A stretch of DNA of 64,000 nucleotides from Bacteroidales bacterium (GTDB lineage Bacteria; Bacteroidota; Bacteroidia; Bacteroidales; JAAYJT01), in contig JBASHR010000091.1 of assembly GCA_049654165.1 (NCBI GenBank), positions 9,524 through 73,523 of the forward strand, given 5' to 3'. The translations under genes were made by a program, and so were the position numbers. Shown here piece after piece: positions 29,201 to 36,661 of the stretch. How positions within the stretch are numbered: the stretch's first letter is position 1; each line of letters opens with the position of its first letter. The notes beneath the pieces are model-generated. The model saw only the letters and a list, made by a program, of their open reading frames with translations. It was not told the DNA's origin and did not search any database.

Positions 29201-29446
29201 ACGGCTAATGCTGATAAGTTCATGTTTGCTAAAAATATCGGCAAAATAACCGGCATCTTCCTTTTTCACTGTATAATCAGGTGCTACGGAAATTTGCGGA
29301 TCATAGTCATCATGGAATTTAACAAAGATTTGTCCGTCAACAAAATCTTTTTCGAAGGTTTGTGCGTTAGCGACATAACCTGTCAGCATAGAAGCAAAGA
29401 ACAAAATAGTCATTACCTTGCTGATCAATTTGTTAGCATTTTTCAT
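26243..29446 (-). CDS. Secreted S8 (subtilisin-like) serine peptidase with PKD domains, dockerin-like module, cohesin-like domain and T9SS C-terminal domain
   Basis: Catalytic triad contexts 'IAIVDNAV', 'HGTHCAG' and 'GTSMATP'. Two PKD-like repeats ('FTDLTKGIPNSWNWTFNGG...'). 'GDSNCDGVVNVLDV...DINGDNVINVLDI'. C-terminal domain 'VYPNPFSGSTMISY'. Confidence 0.9.
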   Translation of the reverse strand: MKNANKLISKVMTILFFASMLTGYVANAQTFEKDFVDGQIFVKFHDDYDPQISVAPDYTVKKEDAGYFADIFSKHELISISRPLDANNDIKLLRTFLLTFADHKALDKIISELESKPEIDYAEKVPCYYLDFKPNDSLYNLVNGPYKWKWHLDVINAEQAWEITKGDPEIKIAIVDNAVWSHHPDLTNKVVLQRNVVNNTPDSNPPNTGDPGDWSHGTHCAGLAAGETNNHLGIAAIGYNTSIIGVRASSQAVTITHSQQGVNWAINNGADVISMSFGGSGYSQTYQNMINTGAAMGISFLASAGNESDNAIRYPAGYNHVIAVASTNDNDVKTDFSNWGTYVSVCAPGGYASPGPMGLLSTVFENTSMGYYDSYFGTSMATPVAAGLAGLMKSINPNLTNADLKSVMEATCVNIDALNPQWAGQLGAGRIDAYEAVKAVPFSPQPAFSTPVTIIQPGQSINFTDLTKGIPNSWNWTFNGGMPATSTVKDPTGITYSASGTYDVTLTVQNAYGNETLTKQGFIVVTNNPAPYPQFEASLTTGCIYDPITIEDNTLYNPTSWQWSFTPSTYMFINGTNSASQHPEIIFTAPGVYSVQVTVVNANGSTTKVFDDHFTIDGRNLPLEDDFESGESDNFILSSNSKAYVKVDRRSAKESEFGLHFTGAGLFTGWSGTPTGTTPQQAWNSNVDFHGFAEICNVDATNMPEVYLAFDLRQTYSLGPKFSWFRVLINDTIQVADIDGVMDFNPTSNTDPFSKKIFNLSEFKGTAFTITLQSSCRIHDKISSEGDNVFIDNIFIGSMSLPLPGDSNCDGVVNVLDVVTTTNYVLLQNPTPFCFENADINGDNVINVLDIVGTVNIIMSGGKNGSQIVNSEIGYIYLNNDGIELANDGTLAGLQFDIQGLTMKDVEIAMRGYEFRCAEIGNSLRCIIFSFDNSPLPAERTTIMKFKTRLNDLAWGEVVAANVNAIEVPMMKYQYNENLMTKIYEPAVYPNPFSGSTMISYSLPVDSQVNIALFNSQGKIILSLKDTYEQAGDYQLPVESEDMLPGIYFCRISIGNELFIKKIVSMK

Positions 29447-29605
29447 TGTGGAATTGTTTTGATGAATACTACTTTTTTAGGGCTACAAAAGTACAATTTT
29501 AACTTAAACCTGACCCTAAAACACCGACTTTCTGTTTCAAAAAGTGATACTTAGGCCTATAAGAACAAAAATTAGTACTTTCGTAGTCAAATTAAAAATT
29601 GCAAA

Positions 29606-30862
29606 ATGGCTATACTTATCACAAACATTAAAGAGCTTGTAGGCGTTGATTACGAAAGAAAAGCAAGGTTGTGCGGATCTGAAATGGGAATTCTTAAAAC
29701 TATTGAAAACGCTTTTTTATTTATTGAAGACGGTCTGATATCATTATTCGGACAGATGGAAGAATTAAATAATTCTGTTGTTAATGATAATGTTCGGGAA
29801 ATTACAAAAATAGATGCCGGCGGGCGTATGGTTTTTCCTTCTTTCTGTGATTCACACACTCATCTTGTGTACGCCGGAAGCCGTGAGATTGAATATATTG
29901 ATAAGATCAGAGGTTTATCGTACGAAGAAATTGCAAAGCGTGGGGGAGGAATACTCAATTCAGCCAAAAAACTTCACGATACCTCATTTGAAAGCCTTGT
30001 AGAACAGGCAACTGAGCGACTTAATGAAATTATTGGGTTGGGAACCGGCGCTGTTGAAATTAAATCGGGTTATGGTTTGAACACTGAAGATGAGCTGAAA
30101 ATGCTCAGGGTTATCAAAAAGCTTAAGGAGACTTCGCCGCTGACAATTGTATCAACTTTTCTTGGCGCTCATGCAGTTCCTGCTGAATATAAAGGTCGCC
30201 AAAGCGAATACGTTGACCATATAATAAACGAAATGATACCTTTGGTTGCCGCCGAGAAGCTTGCTGATTATATAGATGTGTTTTGCGATAAAGGTTTTTT
30301 TACGGTTGAAGAAACAGAGCGCATTCTTATGGCCGGAATCAAACATGGAATGCGACCAAAGATACATGCCAATGAGCTTGATTATTCAGGTGGGATACAG
30401 GTGGGAGTCAAATACAATGCCCTGTCAGTTGATCATCTGGAATATACAGGGGAAGAAGAGATCAAATGCCTGCTTGGCTCAGAAACAATGCCTACATTAT
30501 TGCCCGGAGCATCATTCTTTCTTGGTTTGATATACGCACCTGCCCGCCGTATGATTGATGCAGGTTTGCCGGTTGCTTTGGCAAGCGATTTTAACCCCGG
30601 ATCGTCGCCTTCAGGAAATATGCAACTGGTTTTATCAATGGGCTGTATAAAATACAAGATGACGCCTGAGGAAGCAATTAACGCTGTTACTCTTAACAGC
30701 GCCTATGCCATGGGTTTAAGCGAGGATTTAGGAAGTATTGCCGTAGGTAAAAAAGCTAATGTGTTCATAACCAAACCTGTACCAACATACTCGTTTTTAC
30801 CTTATGCTTTTGGCAACAATAAAGTGGAAACTGTGATATTAAATGGCAAGATACAGAAATAA
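29606..30862 (+). CDS. hutI: Imidazolonepropionase
   Basis: 'DSHTHLVYAG', 'KIHANEL' and 'ASDFNPGSSP' blocks, 418 aa. Confidence 0.9.
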   Translation: MAILITNIKELVGVDYERKARLCGSEMGILKTIENAFLFIEDGLISLFGQMEELNNSVVNDNVREITKIDAGGRMVFPSFCDSHTHLVYAGSREIEYIDKIRGLSYEEIAKRGGGILNSAKKLHDTSFESLVEQATERLNEIIGLGTGAVEIKSGYGLNTEDELKMLRVIKKLKETSPLTIVSTFLGAHAVPAEYKGRQSEYVDHIINEMIPLVAAEKLADYIDVFCDKGFFTVEETERILMAGIKHGMRPKIHANELDYSGGIQVGVKYNALSVDHLEYTGEEEIKCLLGSETMPTLLPGASFFLGLIYAPARRMIDAGLPVALASDFNPGSSPSGNMQLVLSMGCIKYKMTPEEAINAVTLNSAYAMGLSEDLGSIAVGKKANVFITKPVPTYSFLPYAFGNNKVETVILNGKIQK

Positions 30863-30936
30863 AGATGAGGTATTGAGCCACTATTGATTTGTAAATATTT
30901 TATTTAATAATAATCAAATAAATCATTAAATTTTTT

Positions 30937-32622
30937 ATGAAACAACTTATTGAATGTGTACCTAATTTTAGTGAAGGTCGTAATATGGCCGTTATTAAGC
31001 AGATCACTGATCAAATCGAAACTGTTGAAGGCGTCAAGCTTCTTGATGTGGATCCGGGAGCAGCAACCAATCGCACTGTTGTAACTTTTGTAGGAACTCC
31101 TGATGAAGTGGTTGAAGCTGCTTTTCGGGCTGTTAAAAAAGCGTCGGAAGTAATTGATATGCGTCACCATAAGGGAGAGCATCCGCGTTTTGGAGCAACA
31201 GATGTTTGTCCGCTGGTTCCGATATCTGGCATTACTATGGAAGAAACAGTGTTTTATGCCCGTAAGCTTGCTGAACGGATTGGAAATGAATTGGGTATTC
31301 CTGTTTATTGTTATGAAAATGCTGCATTTACACCTGAACGAAAGAATCTGGCTAACTGTCGCGCGGGAGAATATGAGGGCTTACCTGAGAAACTTGCAAA
31401 ACCTGAATGGAAACCTGATTTTGGTCCGGCTTCTTTCAACGCTAAGGCAGGTGCCACAGCAGTGGGAGCAAGGGATTTTCTTGTAGCATATAATATTAAT
31501 CTGAACACCACTTCAACACGAAGGGCTAATGCAGTTGCTTTTGACATAAGAGAGAAAGGACGTCCCATGCGTGAAGGGAATCCTATTACAGGGAAAATTG
31601 TAAAGGACGAGAAAGGGAACGATGTTTATATCCCGGGTTCTTTAAAGGAATGTAAGGCAATTGGATGGTTCATTGAAGAATATGGTATAGCCCAGATCTC
31701 AATTAATCTTACCAATATCAGTGTTACACCTGTTCATATAGCTTTTGAGGAAACCTGTAAAAAAGCCAATGAGCGTGGACTAAGGGTAACAGGTTCTGAA
31801 ATTGTAGGTTTGATTCCACTGAAAGCAATGCTTGATGCAGGTAAATATTTTTTACGTAAACAAAAACGTTCGCTTGGAGTATCGGAGGAAGAGATAATAA
31901 AAATTGCAGTGAAATCTATGGGGCTTGACGAGCTTAAACCTTTTAATCCTGAAGAAAAAATAATTGAATATATACTTCGTGACAAGACTGAGAAACGCCT
32001 AGTAGATCTCACCTGTAAGGAATATGCCAATATTACAGCCAGCGAGTCGCCAACACCCGGTGGCGGATCGGCTTCAGCATATATAGGAGCTTTGGGTGCT
32101 GCATTAGGAGCTATGGTTGCAAATTTATCTGCTCATAAGGCAGGCTGGGACGACAGATGGGAAGAGTTTTCTGACTGGGCAGAGAAAGGACAGAAAATCA
32201 AGGATGAGCTGTTGTTCCTGGTTGATGAAGATACCAGATCATATAACCTTATTATTGAAGCTTTCAAACTGCCAAAAGGTACTCCTGAGGAAATTGCCGA
32301 ACGTAAAAAGGCCATTCAGGATGCTACCCGATATGCCATTGAAATCCCGTTCAAGGTAATGCAAAAAGCTTTTGAATCAATGGAAATAATAAAAGCAATG
32401 ACTGAGCATGGTAATCCAAGTTCGGTATCTGATGCCGGAGTAGGAGCGCTTTGTGCCCGTACTGCCGTTATGGGAGCTTTTATGAATGTCAGGATCAATG
32501 CATCAGGGCTTGAAGACAAAGATTTTATAAATGATATAATTGCAAAAGGCGCTGTTATAGAGAAAAAGGCAAAAGATCTTGAAGCTCAGATCCTTGAAAT
32601 AGTGTTTGAAAAGGTAAAATAA
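30937..32622 (+). CDS. ftcD: Bifunctional glutamate formimidoyltransferase / formimidoyltetrahydrofolate cyclodeaminase
   Basis: N-terminal 'ECVPNFSEGRN' transferase signature. The C-terminal ~200 aa carry 'SPTPGGGSASA', the cyclodeaminase motif. Confidence 0.85.
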   Translation: MKQLIECVPNFSEGRNMAVIKQITDQIETVEGVKLLDVDPGAATNRTVVTFVGTPDEVVEAAFRAVKKASEVIDMRHHKGEHPRFGATDVCPLVPISGITMEETVFYARKLAERIGNELGIPVYCYENAAFTPERKNLANCRAGEYEGLPEKLAKPEWKPDFGPASFNAKAGATAVGARDFLVAYNINLNTTSTRRANAVAFDIREKGRPMREGNPITGKIVKDEKGNDVYIPGSLKECKAIGWFIEEYGIAQISINLTNISVTPVHIAFEETCKKANERGLRVTGSEIVGLIPLKAMLDAGKYFLRKQKRSLGVSEEEIIKIAVKSMGLDELKPFNPEEKIIEYILRDKTEKRLVDLTCKEYANITASESPTPGGGSASAYIGALGAALGAMVANLSAHKAGWDDRWEEFSDWAEKGQKIKDELLFLVDEDTRSYNLIIEAFKLPKGTPEEIAERKKAIQDATRYAIEIPFKVMQKAFESMEIIKAMTEHGNPSSVSDAGVGALCARTAVMGAFMNVRINASGLEDKDFINDIIAKGAVIEKKAKDLEAQILEIVFEKVK

Positions 32623-32626
32623 CAGA

Positions 32627-33208
32627 GTGGAAAAACCGACTTTCAATCCAGGCGAGTTCAAATTACATCAGAGCCATTTTGAATCGAAAAGTGCACTGCA
32701 TGGCATAAAACATACTTACAGGGTAATGTGTCATGTGTTGGTTCTGGGTAACAAAATGAAATGGGAGCGGGAAACCCGCCTTGCTTTTTGTGCTGCCTTT
32801 ATCCATGATATGTCGCGCATTCATGATGGTTATTGTACAAATCATGGTTTGTGGGCAGCACAGCATAAATTGCCGCTGTTTACTGAGTTTTTTAAAAGTC
32901 AGGGGATTAATAATTATGAGATTGAAGAGATAGGAGTGGCTGTTCAGAACCATTCTGAAAGATTTGAGCTGGAAAAAGATCATAAATTCCGGAAAACAAC
33001 TGCTTTGCTTAAAGATGCCGATGCCCTTGACCGTATAAGACTGGGTGAAAACAATCTTGATCCTTCATATCTGAGGCTTAGTTATACAAAAGGAATGATC
33101 CCCTTTGCCAGGGACTTGTATTTTGCTTCTGAAACCAGGGAAATCAATGATTTTAACGATATATTAAAGCTGGCAGAATCAATAATGAACAGGAATGTGT
33201 TGAAATAA
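32627..33208 (+). CDS. HD-domain protein (function unknown)
   Basis: 'H...FIHDMSR' and 'LKDADALDRIRL'. A GTG start lies 4 nt after the ftcD stop, which suggests coupling. Confidence 0.6.
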   Translation: MEKPTFNPGEFKLHQSHFESKSALHGIKHTYRVMCHVLVLGNKMKWERETRLAFCAAFIHDMSRIHDGYCTNHGLWAAQHKLPLFTEFFKSQGINNYEIEEIGVAVQNHSERFELEKDHKFRKTTALLKDADALDRIRLGENNLDPSYLRLSYTKGMIPFARDLYFASETREINDFNDILKLAESIMNRNVLK

Positions 33209-33312
33209 AATTGGTAGGAAATTCAAACTTCCGGAATGATAATTTGTTATTGGTTTTTGATAAGAAAGTCATAAATTATGCCTTTCAGGGGCTATGCTTT
33301 TTTAATTAGTAT

Positions 33313-33320
33313 TAATTTTG
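33313..33320 (+). promoter_or_regulatory. Candidate -7 box (TAATTTTG) for the M6-like protease gene
   Basis: Matches TAnnTTTG 35 nt upstream of the ATG at 33355. Confidence 0.3.
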
Positions 33321-33354
33321 CCTCCTATTATTATTCTTACTAAATTTTTTAAAC

Positions 33355-36291
33355 ATGAAAACTGTTTTTACTAAATCCGGGAATCTGATGAAAAAACTAA
33401 AGATTTCTCTGGTTCTTTTGTTCTTTATGAGCTCGTTTGCTCTTAATGCCGCCTGGTTCGACAGGCTGCCATACACTGTTACCCAACCTGATGGAAGTAC
33501 AATTGAATGCTTTGTATCGGGTGATGAGTTTTTTAACTGGCTTCACGACGATGCTGGTTATACTATCATTGTGGGTAATGACGGATTTTACTATTATGGT
33601 ACTGTTGAAGGTGAAATAGTTGTTCCTACTGCCTACAGAGTTAATAGTGTAAATCCTGAAAGCGTTGGTTTGCAGCCATGGGCTAAAATTTCACAAAGGG
33701 AATATCAGAATAAAAGGGATGAGTTCTGGAAAGATGCCACCCGTTCAACCCGCTCACCTCATAACGGAACATTGAATAATCTGGTAGTTTACATCAGATT
33801 TAACGATCAGCCTGAGTTTACGCTTCCACGTTCAGTTTATGATGGTCGTTTTAATAATCCCAACGGCTCTTCTTTACAATCATATTATACAGAGGTTTCG
33901 TATGATAATTTACTGATTGAAAGTTATCACTATCCAATTTGTGACCTTTCGATAAACCTTTCCTATCAGGATCCGCACAATAGAAGTTATTTTGAACCAT
34001 ATCATGCAGTCAACAATCCTGATGGTTATAAAAACTCCTCGCAACGTACTTCAAGAGAGCATACTTTATTAAAAGATGCCATAGCTTTCATTCATGATGA
34101 AGTACCGCTTGATCTCGATATTGATGCCGACAACGACGGCTATGTTGATAACATGTGTTTTATAATCCGGGGAAATTCAGGTGCATGGGCTGATCTGTTA
34201 TGGGCACACCGCTGGGTGCTTTATTCCTATAATGTTTATATTCATGGGAAAAAGGTATATGATTACACTTTCCAGCCTGAAAATCAGAATGATGTTCAGA
34301 CCATCTGTCATGAAATGTTTCATTCTCTTGGAGCTCCTGATTTGTACCACTATACAGATAATGGTATAGCACCAGTCGGAACTTGGGATTTAATGGAAAG
34401 CGGTTTTGGACACATGCTTGGATATATGAAATACAAATATGCAAGCCATACATGGATAACAGAAATACCTGAAATTACAACAGCAGGCACATACACACTC
34501 AATCCTTTGACCTCGCCTACAAATAATATTTACAAGATAGCTTCACCTAATTCTACTACACAATATTTTATAGTTGAATACCGGAGAAAGGTTCCTGGCA
34601 CATTTGATATGAATCTTCCGGGTTCAGGACTTATTGTCTACAGGATTGATGAAGCTGCAGGCGATGGTAATGCTGACGGACCGCCGGATGAAGTATATGT
34701 GTACCGTCCTAATGGAACTCCAACAAACAACGGCACTGTAAATCAGGCATATTTTGCTGCAAATGTCAATCGTACTGCTATAAATGACAATACCAACCCG
34801 AGCAGCTTTTTGCAGAATGGTAGTCCGGGCGGTTTGAACATTTTCAATATTGGACAGGCAGGCGAAACAATTTCATTTGATGTTTTAATGGGAACCGAGA
34901 TCATTCCTGATATCATCGCTGATGTTACAACAGTTCCCGCCGGAGGGTCAGTTCACTTTACAGATAACTCTTCAAATAACCCTACTTCGTGGTTATGGAG
35001 CTTCCCGGGTGGTAATCCGGCAACATCCACTCAGCCAAATCCGACCATTACCTATGAAACACTGGGTATTTATGATGTAAGCCTTGAAGTTTCAAATAGT
35101 TTTGGAAGTGCTCAGATAAATCTGGAAAACTTTATCATTGTTGGCGACCCTGAAATTCAGGTTACACCTGAAGCTTTAAATATTACCCTTGCACCCAATC
35201 AGAACGGAATAGCAGATCTGATAATTACAAACACAGGTAACACCTGGCTGCGCTATTCATCTGAAAAAGAATTTATAAGTGCTGCCGGTGAAGTTGGAAC
35301 CATACTCGGAACATATGGAAATGTATCTTTAAGCCGTAGTGGTATTACCTGGGCTGATGGCTCATTATACATTGTTGGGCTTAATGGAACCTTAAATGTT
35401 TATGATACGGTTCAGAAACAAATTGTCAATACCTATGACATTCACGCACAACCATTCAGTATAGCCTATGATGGTGAATATCTCTGGATAGGAAAAAATA
35501 ATGGAACTGTTTTCGCTTATACTCTCGATGGTGTTGCAACAGGTGCTTCTTTCCAGTTGCCTACAAGTGATATTTATTCTCTGGCATGGGATGGAAATTA
35601 TTTTATTGTCAACCTTATTGGAGCATCAAATCCTACGTTCTACAGAGTTGATAATCAGGGTGAGATACAGCAGGTGCTAACTACAGCCTTTGAAGATCGT
35701 GTTACACAATTAGTCTGGGTTCCTTCTCATGCCGAAGGAAATCTGTGGGCGAGCTCATTGGGCAAAATACTTCATTTTACTGAAACTGACGATGGCAGGT
35801 TTGTAGTTATTGAAGAATTTAATGCACCAGCAAGTCTTAGTTATTCTATTGGGCATGATGGCACTGACCTGTGGTGGAGCGGACTGGGCAATCAGCTCTA
35901 TCGGTTCGAAGACGGAGTTCAGGACTGGTTTTATTATTTAGACGATACTACCCTGATCGAAGCAAATACGAGTGTGGAAATCCCGGTTTATTTTAAAACC
36001 AAAAGTCTTGAAATAGGAGTTCATAGCGGAATGATAAGACTGTTTAGCAATGATCCTTCAAACACTATTGTGGAAATACCAGTGCATCTGATTGTTAACT
36101 ATGATGTTGAATTGCCCGGCGATTCAAATTGCGATGGTGTTGTAAACATTAATGACCTTGTGCATACAGTAAATTATATCCTGGGTATGAACCCTATACC
36201 ATTCTGTTTTGATAATGCCGATTTTAACGACGATGGTACGGTGGATACAAATGACCTTGTGTTGACAATTAACCTTATTATGGGATTATAA
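33355..36291 (+). CDS. Secreted M6 (InhA-like) metalloprotease with PKD domain, beta-propeller-like region and C-terminal dockerin-like module
   Basis: 'HEMFHSLGAPDLYH' zinc motif, PKD 'FTDNSSNNPTSWLWSFPGGNP', and a terminal 'GDSNCDGVVNINDL...DFNDDGTVDTNDL'. An alternative start at 33388 (MKKLKISLVLLFF...) gives a cleaner signal peptide. Confidence 0.8.
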   Translation: MKTVFTKSGNLMKKLKISLVLLFFMSSFALNAAWFDRLPYTVTQPDGSTIECFVSGDEFFNWLHDDAGYTIIVGNDGFYYYGTVEGEIVVPTAYRVNSVNPESVGLQPWAKISQREYQNKRDEFWKDATRSTRSPHNGTLNNLVVYIRFNDQPEFTLPRSVYDGRFNNPNGSSLQSYYTEVSYDNLLIESYHYPICDLSINLSYQDPHNRSYFEPYHAVNNPDGYKNSSQRTSREHTLLKDAIAFIHDEVPLDLDIDADNDGYVDNMCFIIRGNSGAWADLLWAHRWVLYSYNVYIHGKKVYDYTFQPENQNDVQTICHEMFHSLGAPDLYHYTDNGIAPVGTWDLMESGFGHMLGYMKYKYASHTWITEIPEITTAGTYTLNPLTSPTNNIYKIASPNSTTQYFIVEYRRKVPGTFDMNLPGSGLIVYRIDEAAGDGNADGPPDEVYVYRPNGTPTNNGTVNQAYFAANVNRTAINDNTNPSSFLQNGSPGGLNIFNIGQAGETISFDVLMGTEIIPDIIADVTTVPAGGSVHFTDNSSNNPTSWLWSFPGGNPATSTQPNPTITYETLGIYDVSLEVSNSFGSAQINLENFIIVGDPEIQVTPEALNITLAPNQNGIADLIITNTGNTWLRYSSEKEFISAAGEVGTILGTYGNVSLSRSGITWADGSLYIVGLNGTLNVYDTVQKQIVNTYDIHAQPFSIAYDGEYLWIGKNNGTVFAYTLDGVATGASFQLPTSDIYSLAWDGNYFIVNLIGASNPTFYRVDNQGEIQQVLTTAFEDRVTQLVWVPSHAEGNLWASSLGKILHFTETDDGRFVVIEEFNAPASLSYSIGHDGTDLWWSGLGNQLYRFEDGVQDWFYYLDDTTLIEANTSVEIPVYFKTKSLEIGVHSGMIRLFSNDPSNTIVEIPVHLIVNYDVELPGDSNCDGVVNINDLVHTVNYILGMNPIPFCFDNADFNDDGTVDTNDLVLTINLIMGL

Positions 36292-36312
36292 ATTCTGCTG
36301 ATATTATAAATG

Positions 36313-36361
36313 CCACGAATGCGGGAAATGAAAATTCAGGTTCTGCATTCGTGGTTTTTTA
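36313..36361 (+). terminator. Rho-independent terminator of the M6-like protease gene
   Basis: 10-bp stem ccacgaatgc/gcattcgtgg (36313-36322 and 36345-36354) followed by TTTTTT. Confidence 0.75.
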
Positions 36362-36627
36362 ATACCGTTTGTGAGATTGTAAATGAAGTTTATTCCTTTG
36401 GGTTTACATTTCATTCCTGAACCCGAATCCAAAATTGAGAATGAGCATTTTGTACGGTTTGAACTCACAAAATAGTCCAGGCTGTTTTGTAAATTATGCC
36501 GGTGGTTAAAATCTTCAGAACAATTGAGCGGAACGATAATTGATCTGTTAAATTTTAGAATCAGTATTATTGCTACTTTTTTTACAAAGGAACAGATGTT
36601 TTATATTTGTTATTGAAGTACTATTTG

Positions 36628-36635
36628 TATTTTTG
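36628..36635 (+). promoter_or_regulatory. Candidate -7 box (TATTTTTG) for the PUL regulator gene
   Basis: Matches TAnnTTTG 27 nt upstream of the ATG at 36662. The context is AT-rich, so chance hits are likely. Confidence 0.25.
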
Positions 36636-36661
36636 AGCCTGCACTTTATAAGAAAAAAAAG

